A stretch of 54,693 bases of DNA, counting the filler, from Catajapyx aquilonaris (lineage: Eukaryota): NCBI GenBank assembly GCA_000934665.2. It is 3 parts of 3 records of this genome, joined end to end, with 100 filler letters (N's around TTAATTAATTAA, not from the genome) between each part and the next. Parts side by side here need not be neighbours in the genome. Positions count along the whole stretch, not along the records: positions 18,265 to 36,418 come from JYFJ02006754.1; positions 36,519 to 54,693 come from JYFJ02006755.1; 1 more part is not named here. One strand, written 5' to 3'. The notes below the pieces were generated by a model, which was not told the origin of the DNA, made no database searches, and saw nothing but the letters and a program-made list of their open reading frames with translations. Shown here one piece after another: positions 34,517-47,200 of the stretch (its first letter is position 1; every line of letters begins with the position of its first letter). The translations under genes were made by a program, and so were the position numbers.

Positions 34517-35654
34517 AAATTCTGCAGAAAAGCAGACATGAGATGCGATTCTTCAATCTCGAAGCATGTGGAATCTAAGCTCATAAAAGGAAGCATGGAC
34601 CCCATAGTTTCGTTTGCCATATTAATTTCTGACAGTAGTGCCATCCCCAGTGGCCCAGAATCTTTTACATTTCTAAGCGTGCCCGCTCCGGTTTCCATGT
34701 GTGTAATGTGCATTTCTATCGGTTGACTCGCTGTAGTGGACTTGTGAAGAACAGAGACATTACACATTAGGTCTTCCATATCATATCAAAGAGAAAGGAA
34801 TGACCTACGATCCAACTGCATGACTTTTCTCTGCGTGACTGGATCACTTTCTATGGGCTTATCAAAATGTGACATTTTGAAGGTGTTGGTTCGTTATGAC
34901 CTTTTGAGAATAATTAGCGGTGTGTGTCTGCTATTTCAAATGGAGGCCTCAAATCTCGGATCCTTCATTAGGTTTGGGCAATCCACTCATCTGCAAAATC
35001 TCAGCTTCATTGGACGTGTTTAACTTGGGAGTTTCAGCATAATGAACCAACCCAAACGACCACATTTGCAACCATATCTGTGTTTTGTATGAAGTTTTGT
35101 CTCATACCACAGCAACCCGGAGACACCATCGCAAGTTCAAAACAGAATGTTGGTCTGTATAACATTTGGTATGTTGCTGTCAGATACTTTTAGAACATTG
35201 TGAATTCAATCTTATGGTGAATTGCTGACCCGCCACAACCAGATTTCCAACCAACGCAATGGTGTTAAACGTCTCAGCAGGGAAACAGCTGAGAAAGTAC
35301 TACATGTACTTCTCGTTTTACACCTCTTTGTTTTATGCCTTTTCATATTAACGCGTGTTTCAAAATTACATTTTAACAAATTTCACCGGATTTTTTTTAA
35401 ATTTTTGTAAATAACAGAACAATCTTAGTACACATAAACACATCACTTCAGCACTTCTGAGTCCAGACACACTTCAGTATCGGCATTTTTATTATTTTTC
35501 GTGGTGCATTGTGGCAGGGTTTATAGCTATATTCAGTATACTGTATTGTTGGTCTCTGCAAAAAAAGGGAAAGGAACCCTCCGAACCTGATGACCCTCAA
35601 CTTGGAATCTCCCTTTAAACATGTGAATAACATGTTGCAAATATTCAGCATTAA

Positions 35655-35894
35655 CCTGGGAACCGTGATGTGGGGTCTTTTAGAACCCCAAAGGAAGTAA
35701 AAATGTAAAATGCATCGCAATGAGTGACCTTGAAATGATAATGACCTGAACCACCATGTATGCCTCAAAAAAACTTCATTTCATGGGTCAAATCAGGTTT
35801 CAAAATTTTCACACCTACCACAATGTAGATAAGTCATAGTTTTTGGATCCATGCTCTCATGGGGTCCAAAAGGACTCCACGTCACGGTTCCCGG
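35655..35894. mobile_element. Small inverted-repeat MITE, TTAA at the left end
   Basis: gggaaccgtgatgtggggtcttttagaacccca pairs with tggggtccaaaaggactccacgtcacggttccc. Confidence 0.55.
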
Positions 35895-36037
35895 CATATG
35901 CGAAAGAATACTCTCCACTACAAAAATGAACTGTTGCCATTTTAAAAAAAGTATATAACAGGAAGTGCATGTTTATTTTAGCGATCATTTTAGGCATTGT
36001 TCAAAGAATTATTGCATACGTATAGTCAATACATTGA

Positions 36038-36305
36038 GGGCAACGCAGTGGCCGAGTGGTTATCGGCACAGCCTTCCACCTCTAAGGTCCAGAGTTCGAT
36101 CCCCAGGTAGGATGGAGGATACTTATGCGGATAGAGTTTCGATGGGTTCTCTCCATGTTCGCATGGATTTTCTCGGGGTTCTCCCATTTCCTCCCGCAAT
36201 CAAAACCCATCACAGTGCAGGCAATGATTAAAGTCGGGTATTTAAAAGATGATCCTCTAAGAGGTCCAAGGAGGCCTATTGCGGGGTATCCATTATTATT
36301 AGTAT
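36038..36305 (+). mobile_element. tRNA-derived SINE with V-domain-like core
   Basis: A-box tggccgagtggt, B-box gagttcgatccc, core ttctctccatgttcgcatggattttctcggggttctcccatttcctcccgc; 15-bp TSD tagtcaatacattga (36023-36037, 36306-36320). Confidence 0.8.
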
Positions 36306-36418
36306 TAGTCAATACATTGAAAAGTATTAGGGTGAAGTGGGGGAAGTGCACACCCGGGGTAAGTGCACATATTGTGCCGCCATATTGGAATGAAAATGGT
36401 TGACGACACCAAAACGCG

Positions 36419-36518
36419 NNNNNNNNNNNNNNNNNNNNNNNNNNNNNNNNNNNNNNNNNNNNTTAATTAATTAANNNNNNNNNNNNNNNNNNNNNNNNNN
36501 NNNNNNNNNNNNNNNNNN
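36419..36518. other. Assembly gap with artificial six-frame-stop linker
   Basis: 44 N + TTAATTAATTAA (36463-36474) + 44 N. Confidence 0.95.
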
Positions 36519-36664
36519 AATTCTTCACGGGAGATTGCACTATACAGCATCAGCATGTGTTCAATTTCAGTAGACATTTCATGAAGTGCCCAATTTCACT
36601 ATGGGGCTACGATGTATAATTATATGCCCATGCAGCAGAATGAATGCTTACTGTGATAAAGGTA

Positions 36665-36821
36665 CAGTATTGGTCATATATCGAGGCAACCGCCAGCGAC
36701 ATTTTCCGAAGCGGCAGAAGAAGGAATCTTGCTCGCCCGGCTTGTAGGGCATGCTTATCTTCCTTCTTCTGCCGCTTCGGAAAATGTCGCAGGCAGTTGC
36801 CTCGATATATGACCAATACTG
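36665..36821. mobile_element. Young hairpin MITE (TA-flanked, CAGT...ACTG)
   Basis: 66-nt arms (36661-36726, 36760-36825) with 2 mismatches by eye. Confidence 0.85.
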
Positions 36822-38819
36822 TACCCGCTGTGTACCGTGCATAAGGGAAACCAGGAACAGGCTAACACTGTCACTGATCTAACACTTGCCTAAAAGGTAA
36901 AAATTATTCATTTTCTGGTATATTTGGCAAGAAGAGACGGCAGAAAAAAATTACGGATTTTTTTGGGGTCATACGGATGAGCTAATTTTGCATGTTTGTG
37001 GATAGTTTAATTAATCGGTATGCAGTATAGTGTGCATTATAAGCATACGAAAGCAGAAAACTTGTGTGTTTGTCGCAAAAATGGCGAATCGGCTATAACC
37101 TATAACAGACATCGGTTAATTATATAATAGCAGACTGTTTTCCGCAGTCCGTTGAAGTTTGTTATACCCGAATTCAACTGTATAGAAAGATATACAGGGT
37201 GTTCCTCACCAGGGTTAGCGGAATCAGGTTCCTTGCCAGATATTTTACTCAAAGGGTAACAATTAACTTTGACAATCCGGTGTACACTTGTCTGACATTC
37301 CGGATTGCAATTCGACAATCCGCATTACAATCCGACAATCCACAATCCGGTAAAGTGGTGAGTTGTTAATCTTGTTATACCCCCGTAATTCCACGATTAA
37401 GATTTTGGCGTAGCCTATATGCGGAGATAATTTTGTATTAATTTTTGTCACTCCACGCGATAGGAGAATGTCTGTGGTTATTGTATATTGTCAGAAACAG
37501 CATGTCACCAAAACACATATGTCTCATCTTGGCTATAAAGATAGTAGGCCGCCATTATCCAGGCAGCTTACATTAGAATAATATCTGCAATCAGGCTCAA
37601 TAACAGGATGCCAGATGCGATGTGTGGTTAGAGCAGCATACAACAGGCTCTACTACTAGTCCAGCAAGCAAGCAGGGCCTGCTGCGAGAGGAAATGGGAG
37701 TGGCTGATGGCGCGTGGCCTGAGAGATATGGTAATTAGGAGGCACTATCAGGGCGCCCATTAGACACAGAGAGCAAAGGGGAAATCAGCCAGGGGATTAA
37801 TCAGTGGCAACAGGCCCAGCCGGAAGTTCCGATACAGCCACCACCCTTATCCACATCATATCCTCATCCGACCATGATTTGTCCCCTATCTCTCCTCTGC
37901 TGCTGCATGGCCTATTTATACGCAACAATGTGGGCACTTGGCCATACCTGTGGCCTGATCCCAGCATTTTAATTGAATCGAGTGTAAATAAAGGGCAGGG
38001 ATGTGCAAGGAGAGGCGGGGCCATCCAAGGATGAGCCCCCTGCCCTCCAGCCAATCAGACCCCTTGCCCTGTTGGAGTGACGTCAGCTCTCCCTGAGTGG
38101 CCCCGCCCATTTGTTGAGAGTTCTTGGGCCGAAGAGGTGCATCTCTGTCCGAGGCCAGGCTGCTCCGAGGGCTGTCGCTGATGCCAGTCATGGGCTAAGG
38201 AAGGCTTGGTTGCCGTTGTGTAATTGTTGTGACAGTGCTGTGTGGGGCTGACAAGCGGATACGTGCACGCATCAGGTACATACATTTACAGCATTTGTCA
38301 TTGTATTGTTCAGCTGACGTTCGGGAATCATTTGAATTGCAATGCGGGAAGTGACAGGTGACGTCAAATGTGAAGTGGTCCAAAGGTACATTTTGCAGTG
38401 TCGCAGGATTATTTCAATAACATTGCCAATATTGATGTGTAGTGCCTACTGTATACTCCTGAAGGTATAAGTGTAAGCAACAAAATGATTGAGATTTGGC
38501 AGTCTTAATAACAGTCGTGTGAAATGTCGCAGGAAAATTAAGTTGCACCTGTTTCAAGTAATATTATAGCCTATACTTGGAGAAAGAGGAAAAGTGAGAG
38601 GATATTCAGTATATTGCCACTCTAATGGAGAAATCAAAATAATATCCAGTGTATAAGTTCAGCCGGTGCCAAGGATCATTGGCTGGTCAGTGAATGATAT
38701 TAGTTTTATGCTGAAATATATGCGTGGATAAGTGACATTAGCGATCTATAATTTCGTCATCAAACATCTGGTGAATGTGATAAATTAATCACATTATCTT
38801 TAATCGGCCATGATTATTA

Positions 38820-38995
38820 CAGTTAAATCCGGATATAACAGGCTTCAAAGGACCGATGGAATCGGTATGTTATAACTAAGGTCTGTTATAGCCGAATACA
38901 CAAGCCATATAGGTATTCCAGGACTCCCCTTTCGAGTCTGTTATAACCGAAAGTCTGTTCTAGCCGAGGCTGTTATATCCGGATTCAGTCAACTG
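38820..38995. mobile_element. pogo-type MITE
   Basis: TA|CAGTTAAATCCGGATATAACAG ... CTGTTATATCCGGATT...AACTG|TA. Confidence 0.7.
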
Positions 38996-41276
38996 TATTA
39001 GAATAAGGTAACGTGCGAGCAAATATGGTTTTTGCCTATTCATGTAGTCTGAAAATTATTATTGCCTGACGTTGGAAACAGATACGTTTGTGTCTTGGAA
39101 CTGAATAAGTTGAAACTGTTTAGATTTTCATCCGCGCCTTCATAATGATAAATGAATTTTTGAAGTTGACTAATGTTAGCGGGTATCTTACTCAAAGTAG
39201 ATTCAGCATTACATCGAAGTATACTTTGGTAAATCCCGATATATATAAAGCTGAATATTTGTACATATGTATAATGTAGCCTATAATGTATATTTATCAC
39301 GTGCCATATGACTTGCATAGGGCCATGCCTGTCACATATTTCGCGGGAAATTTTGAATATCATATGGAGTGTATTGCATGTTATGCTGTATAGAGGTGTC
39401 ACTTTGCCGGCGCAGCGTTGTAACAATGGTAATTGCTAATTTCCATCAATTATGGAAAACTCTGAATATTACACATCTCCTTCTTTAGACATTTTTATTT
39501 CCTGGACAACTGTTTCATTTAATTTTACGTAGTTTAACTATATACAATCATAATAACGAAGAGGCTTTAAATAGACTGGCGGACAGGTTCTGGCTAAAGG
39601 CTTGACAGTAGCACCTGCCAGGGTATATTTTATACAAGTTTCCTTGTGTTTGGAACTAATTAATCTCATTAGCCGGCCTAATGCCAACATGTATAGGCTA
39701 CATAAAAATGGTCGTATAGAATGCCCAGGAACTTCCTCTCAAGACTTTGTGACATACGGCATAGGTATGTTTGGAAACTCTCTGAGTATCACATTCAGCG
39801 ACTGGCTGCATTAAGTTATACCTTGGTTATTATGTTATACACACAAGATTGATAAGCAATTGGCACACCTCCGGTTAGTCGGACAAGCAAGTGTTCAAAC
39901 TCTGCCTGATACACACACGCTGTCTGTAGCAGCGCAGTTTGAACACTTGCTTGTCCAACTAACAGACTGGGCGCCTCGGAGTCGCCGTCTTTGGCCAGCA
40001 GTCGGATTGTCGCAAGCAGCCCAAACTAGCCTTGTTTTCCTCCTTTGACCGTGCTTATCTCCACTATCACTTTCTCTCCTCCCACAAAACAATTCGCTCA
40101 ACAATAATTTATTTACTCCAGTTCCTTTCTCTGTATAATGGAACTCTACCATTATAGGCTACTAAAAATAATGGGGTAAGCAACATATAGGCCTACTTAC
40201 GTATGTTATGAGAGTGGATCAAACAGTTTTAAATTGTTATCATTTTTAAACTGTCACATTTTGGACACCACTCGACAGAAACATCTGCGGAATAGTATAG
40301 CCTACTCACAATTTCAGGCATTGTTGATAGGTGGAGATGTGTGATTGTAGCCAAATATTCTACTTGTGTGTGTGTGGAGTAACAGAGAGATGTTATTCTC
40401 TCGAAGGTGCCAAATCCATCGCAATTTATCGGCAAATGCAGACACAGCATAAATCTGTCATGTATTTCGCAGTCACATGTCTACGAGTGGTGCAAAAAAA
40501 AAAATCCATGTGTCACGGCCTAGTAGACTTCTGATATTGGCTGTGTCGGCTGCGATTGTGTGATTCTGCGAAGCAGCAACGAATAAGGCTGGTGGAAGGT
40601 GGGCCCTGGAAAGAATGCTGGTCACGTTTTCTGGTTTGTCCGGAAACGGGACCAATATTTTAGGCCGGCCGCGATGCTATCGGAAGCCATTATCCCCCAA
40701 GAAAAGCCCTAACCTCCCACGTCCCGCAGTGCCGCCTTCTTGCCGACACCTTCAAGGAGCTGCTCTCTTTTCTATACCCAGCACCGGCGGACTTGGCACT
40801 TTGGTGCACCGGTGTTTGTTTTGGGTGGTGAGCTGTGGTGCGCCTGTACCCTTCTATAAATGAATGAAGTGTCTTCCCCTGCACCTCCATGCTCTTGCCT
40901 GGAAGGAGCAGGTTCCAGGCCTCCAAAATTGCACTCGTTTTCTCCCCATTTCACTGAATGACTTTAGAGTATTGCCTCAAGTTGAGGCCTAGGCCTCGCA
41001 CCTCGCACCTCTTGGCCCTGCCGGGCGGACCATCGCAACTTCATGCACTTGCAAGAATCCTCACCGACCTCACGTCAAACTGATGAGACAGTTATAATGT
41101 CGCCTATACCTAAAGATGTTTTAGTGCACCGTGGCAGCGCCTAAACGAGGCGCCGACGCGACGCGACGACCAGTATATAGGCCCAGGCCCACAGGAGACG
41201 TTGGGCTATTATAGAGGCCTGTCGTTGGCCTGCTGCACGACGAATACCATACTTCCATTTTCATATTGAATAATAT

Positions 41277-41628
41277 AATAATAAGATTAATAATAATAAT
41301 AATAATCCTGGGGTAGTGCTTTCACCCCCTTGAAATGAGGGTATATCACACGGACCTTTATTTTTTTTATTATTGTACCTTATAGTTAATTGGTGCCTAT
41401 TCATTGAAGCGCCCGGACCCACGGGCAGGATGACAGGAGGGGATGTGCAAAGTGCAATGCGCTGTCTGATATGGGTACATTTTGTGAACTCCCCCGGTTG
41501 GATATGTCTATTGGAGATTCCACCCGAGACGAAGCCAGAGACGACCTAACTCTGCACGAGATGAAGAGGGTGTCCCCGGGCTGGTATCGAACCCGTATAC
41601 GTTACCGCAGCGCCACTCCGCTTCCCTC
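41277..41628 (-). mobile_element. tRNA-derived SINE (family B)
   Basis: Reverse complement of the family-B head and body; TSD tttcatattgaataatat on both sides. Confidence 0.82.
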
Positions 41629-41888
41629 TTTCATATTGAATAATATTTTTATCCAAGTCTTTTAAAAAAACTCATTGAAATATTTTCTTGAATGATGCTG
41701 CTTGGTTTTTGATTCAGCCACATTTCCTGAAGAAATGTGCTTTGCAAGGTTATACCGTCCCTGCTTTTTGGGGGAGTCTCGGTCAAAGCATAGGCACGAG
41801 CGATAGTAACAGATTAGCCTATATAGATTTTCGGGTATAAGCATTATTATTTAAGCAAGAAAAATCCGCAATAACGGGATAAACTATA

Positions 41889-42707
41889 TAGTAAAACCTG
41901 TCTATGTTGGACACTGACGGTTCCAAGGAAAATTGTTCAACATATAGGGTGACAGGGAGGTGTCCTCTACATTATATGATTTCAATATTTCGGGTTTCAA
42001 AGCGCAGCAGCACAGTAATGTATGAGTAAGTACTGATGTACACTGAGTAATTGTCCAGTAATCAACTTTCAATGCACGTTTTGTTATTTTAGGTACAGTA
42101 CAGCACATCCAGTGTACAGTACATGCAATTTATGAAACTAGCCTATATTTTTAGGTTCATAAATGGGCAACAATGGGTAATTTAATACGGCAGAGAAATT
42201 TCACTTTTATTTTGGGCAGCAAAATAATGCGAATAAAATAAGAATGGCATGCCAAATTTTTAATGCACTCAAGATGGCACCCCGATGAGAGGGATCGTTG
42301 AACACCGTAGGTTTTACAGTGTTTTCATCTTCTGAAGATTTACGCATACTTTGCATATGCTGAAACACCTGATTCGGCACCTCATCTGCATTACCACCAT
42401 ATTCATCCTCCGTTGTCAGGATGCTGCTGTCGTACAGTTGACAATGTCACTTGCTGAAGATATGAAGACATCATGCTTCACAAATTATGTTTGCAGAGCT
42501 AAGCATGGCTGAGGTTTTCAGAAAAAACTAGAATACATGTAGAGTAAATGTGAAAATGGTACGACACATGTTCAACTTCCAAGATATACGCAGGTGTCCA
42601 ACTTAGCAACATTACAAGGGATAGGATTTTCCAACGGTTCCAAAAATAATGTCCAACATAGGGAGGTGTCCAACTTATGAAGGTGTCCAACTTGATAGGT
42701 TTTACTG
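41889..42707. mobile_element. pogo/Tigger-type non-autonomous element
   Basis: tagtaaaacctgtctatgttggacac ... gtgtccaacttgataggttttactg|ta, with repeated ggtgtccaac subterminal motifs. Confidence 0.72.
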
Positions 42708-43145
42708 TAGTAAAATAAACTAATTGTGTATGAAAAGTATGTTGTACAGTACCATTTGCAGGGAAAATCAATTTTTTTTAAAAAACAACGAAAAAATGGA
42801 AAACCGAGTTGTTATTCTCATTGTAAATTCTCATATGTAAATATTTTAGACTGTTCAGCTTGTACAAAATTAATCTGGCGCTATTAGACAACCCTAAGTA
42901 CTCGCACACACTGACGTCTATGAAGGGAAACACTCGCCCGGATGATTGTGTAGAAAGGACGCGTCCGGCCGAAACATTTATTACACTGATAGCTCACTAT
43001 AACAGTACCCGCTTTAAAGGTACAGAGCACAAAGACCTGGACAAATCATTGATTGAGCCACTGAAGTGGGAGTTTTTGAAAAGTTCACATCCTCGGTCAA
43101 GAATCGGTCGTATATTAAGAGTGAGAAGCCATTTTTCTATATGTA

Positions 43146-43450
43146 ATAATAATTTAATAATTAATAATTAATAATTCATACCCCGTTATCAGCCTATCGG
43201 CTCTTTAGGGGGGAAGTTTTTTTTGGTTTTGCCTGGAACTCTTTGCTTTCATTTTACTGCGCTTTTTGGGATAGGATAGGGACGGAAGGAAGCGGATGTG
43301 GCCTATTAATTACGGAAGCAACTCCGAAATTTTCCTGGAAGGACCGTGGGAAACCACAGAAAACCATGGTCAGAGTTGCCGGCCCCGGGATTTGATCCCA
43401 GGACCTCCCGATTAGCAGTCGCGGACACCATATCCCCAAACTGCTTCGGT
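43146..43450 (-). mobile_element. tRNA-derived SINE (family A)
   Basis: Homologous to 23851 and 29110; 18-bp TSD gccatttttctatatgta (43128-43145, 43451-43468). Confidence 0.88.
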
Positions 43451-43587
43451 GCCATTTTTCTATATGTATATAATTATAGCCGCATATGTCAGTTGATTTC
43501 TCGTTCATGCTTAAAAAAGTATATTATTCGCTCCAAGACTCGTTCTCGCGAGCTCGAAAGCAAACCTTATTGTCTGAATGCCAACTA

Positions 43588-43949
43588 GGCCTGTAGGCTA
43601 CTGATTGTGTTTTATTGATTGATAATTGTGGATAATGCTTTCACCCCCAAACGGGGGTACATCGCATGAACTTTTATTTATTTATTTATTTATTTATTTC
43701 AATTTTCTCACCTTTGGTGCAAGGAATCAAGGAAATTGGGTAAGAATAGGGATTTTCAGGAAGGGGACACGAGTGCAAGTGCAATGTCATGTGCAGTCCC
43801 CCCAGGAGGCTAGGTTGCCAGCACCTCCTTGGTGCAGGTGAGAGACCCTTCCGACGCAGGTGAAAGGAAAGTTCCCCAGGCGGGGATCGAACCTGGGGCC
43901 TTTTACTCAGCAAGCCGAGACGTTACCATCTCGGCCACCACACCTCCCC
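43588..43949 (-). mobile_element. tRNA-derived SINE (family C)
   Basis: Head matches 15704; 16-bp TSD gtctgaatgccaacta (43572-43587, 43950-43965). Confidence 0.82.
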
Positions 43950-44007
43950 GTCTGAATGCCAACTATACTTTCTTGTAGTCAAACATTACGAAGATTCTAT
44001 TGTAAAT

Positions 44008-44218
44008 GGGCAATTCCATGGCGCAGCCGTCCGTACGTAACGCAAGTGTTGCCTATGTGCACAAGAGTATTTTATTATAACAATGCCAGGATGCATGTAC
44101 TGCATGCTTAATCCATTTCATGTAATGTGTGGGTATTGTTATAATAAAATACGCTAGTACATGTCTGCAAAACCTGCGTTACGTACGGACAATATGGCCG
44201 CCTTTCGTGGAATTGCCC
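44008..44218. mobile_element. Sola-type hairpin MITE (4-bp TSD)
   Basis: AAAT|GGGCAATTCCA ... TGGAATTGCCC|AAAT with long internal inverted arms. Confidence 0.7.
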
Positions 44219-47200
44219 AAATCGCACTTTTGGGGCCTTCCATAGTGACCTATGATCATTACTACACAACCAAGAGCAAATGATCATATTCTGGGTATAT
44301 GCTATATAGTGAAACTATCTTCTCAGATATGTAACTCATTTTTGACAAAAAGTGGACCTTGACCGTTCTTCCCCCCGAGGTCTTCATTTATTCTCGTATC
44401 ACTCCTTGTTGCAAATGCATTATCTGCATTATCCTCGGCATTATCGCGTGGGTTAAATTTTTCAGAAAGACAAAAGTACACGCGAGAAGATGGCTTATGG
44501 AAAATAAAACAAATCATTTAATTTGATCGCCACTGAATATGACAGCACGCCAGTAGATTTTATCTGATTTTATTGTTTTCCAGAAGGTCTGAAATCGAGA
44601 CTGCACAGTGTAAGAGAGAAACTACAAATAGGCGGCGAGATTACAGCAGTACAATGAAGGCTACTGCATAACGAGCTGGAAGGTTGCCTATGCTACAGCT
44701 ATATGACTGTTACATAGGTCATATATCTGTAATCATTTCTTTGTATAGCCTAACACTATACTGCATACCCTGGTAGGATATAATTATAGTTAAAGTGTTG
44801 CACTTGTTTTTAAAACAAGGCGGTAAACAGGGAATGAGGAAAACGCTATGCAGTTGTTCATGCAATTCCCACTGATACGATTTAAAAATCATTCTCATTG
44901 TTTATTGAAAGGCCCTCGTATAGATCTCACTGAATGGCGTGTGAGCGGAAGTGGAGAGACAATGCGTGACTGGATCGAGTCAACCATCACAGTTTCATTC
45001 CGCTGCCCATCATTGTCTCAGTCTTGTGTCTGCTTGGGTCAGACTACTCTTTTGGGGTTCCGCCAATCAGCATGCTATATAGAACTGATCCTGTAAACCT
45101 GTAGAATGTGATCCATAGTGTCAACTTAAGCAGTTTCACTACTCTGCATGATGCTTTGGGTGCAGGCCATGACCCCATTTCAGATTTGAATGTTGATTTA
45201 TGAAAATTAGATTATTTGTAACGATTTTAGATTTGTTTTGCAGCAGTGTTTTTAACCATGACATGATGCAATGTATGTCCAAGGTGCTTAGAGGCTGAAG
45301 GAAAAGGCATGTGATATTTATGGTACCTAACGTTATCGGAGCTAATGGTCCTTCCTCGGGTGATAGCGCGGTCGTTATGCGTGGTTTCTTCAGAGAGGTG
45401 ATGATTTACCGAGCAGGAGGACTACCAAGGAGTCACGGTTGTCTAACACCATACAATAGAGATTAGCACGAGAAACACTGCGCCATGTCTAAGGAAGACT
45501 CATGTGCACTGGACGCCTTAGAAGGGCAAAAAGGGCTAACTGGTCTCCAAATACTGGTAACACATCGAAAATATTACTAATGACCGTACAGGACACGACT
45601 TGGAATACAGTTTCGTTGACGCCTTTTAATAGTCAAGTTTCAGTTGAAAATTCCGTTGTCAACTTGTTACCATGCAGAGGCAAGTTTTGGTATACCTATA
45701 ATTTCTGTGAAACACTCCAGCAAAAAAAGTGAGCAGAACCAACGGTTTTAAAGCAAAGAGCAGTGTAATGTACAGGGTGTGGGCTTGATTCTGGTCCCAA
45801 GAAGCGAGAAGGGGTGGTTGTTGTTGGTGACGGCGGGGTGGTGATGGATGGCCGATGGGAGGAGACAATTAGAAGCGTCGATAACCAGATGGCCAAGGCT
45901 TGTTGGACAAATCCGGAGGCTCAGCTCAGGATACCCCCCTCCAAAAAAACCAAAAAAAACAGACCCGGTCTATTGGCCACTCGACTCACGTGCCCAGGTC
46001 AGACCTCTCGCTAATGAAACCATTACCCCCACTCTCTTCTCCACTCCGGGATACCACCCCATCCTCCAGCCCATCCCAACCTGACTACACAGCACGACTA
46101 AACGTCCACATAACTAGCGGCCTAGTCATCCACAAGAATCGCCGAAGAGGCGACCCAGCTTCTGGGAAAAAGACGTCCCAACACAGTAAGGAGCACTTGA
46201 GGCAAATGTGAGATAGACCAGATTCGAACCCCGGTCCTGAGAAAGGCGGCTCTTCCTTTATAGCCACCACTCTTGGGAAGGAAAAAAAAATAGAGGATGG
46301 GGCAGCTCTTCACATGATGGCCAGACTTGCCTTCCAAATGTTTGCTGTCATTTGAGCGGGTATTGTGGGCAAGTGAACGTGGGAGGTAGGCGGTGTCCGG
46401 TTAAATGCCGGCCACTGCTGAGTGGACGGCGGCTTGTTGAGAGCAGACCGCCAGAATTAATTTGGATAGATGGAGCGGGGTAGACCAAGACCATCAAGAG
46501 GAAAGAGCAATTAGGAGGCAGGAGGTTGCTGGGGGAGAAAAAGGACTTGGCCTACGCCCTTTTCTTGGGGATGGGGAAGAAACTTCAGCCTTCTTAATGG
46601 ATACCCCCTAAGATGGGGGGTGGGGGAGAGGGTGGGGGAGAAGAAACACAAAAAAATAACCCGAGGCGGGGATATACACCATTGCCAGCAGACGTCTCAA
46701 TCCGCACGTTTCCCACACATTATTTCCATATACTCACATAGCTGTCGTTCTGGCCATACTTTTCGACATGTTTATTGACTTGCGGGGTAAATTGAGAGCG
46801 TTCATTAATTCTGGGGTTCTTGTCATTGAGGGGCTGGGAAGAGCTATAGGATGTGCAGGAAAATTTATAGGAGCGTGACAGGCGAGTGAATATATTCGGG
46901 AGATAATATCAGTACAGGTATACTGTAGATTTTTGCGACAAATGGAGGTTTATTATTAGCTTGACTTTTATTACTCTTGATAAGTAGCGTATATGGGGCT
47001 CCTGACCTAGTCTAATCCGGTGGTGATTGAAGCACTTGAATGTGCGTTGTATGCATATTAGTTAGCAGGTAAATTATTGTATGACGTACATGCATCAAAA
47101 CAGTGCTCCTCGTCAGTAGTGGAATGCAATGAGAGTGGGTTGTGGTGAAGAGAGAAAAGAAGACGAATAGACGGAACGAAAGGAGGATTGATGGCGGTTA

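Noticed and set aside
45770..46340. Possible non-LTR retrotransposon 3' fragment (RWEETIRSVD...RLVGQIRR)
   Set aside because: Only a vague resemblance, with no RT or endonuclease motifs and no TSD identified.
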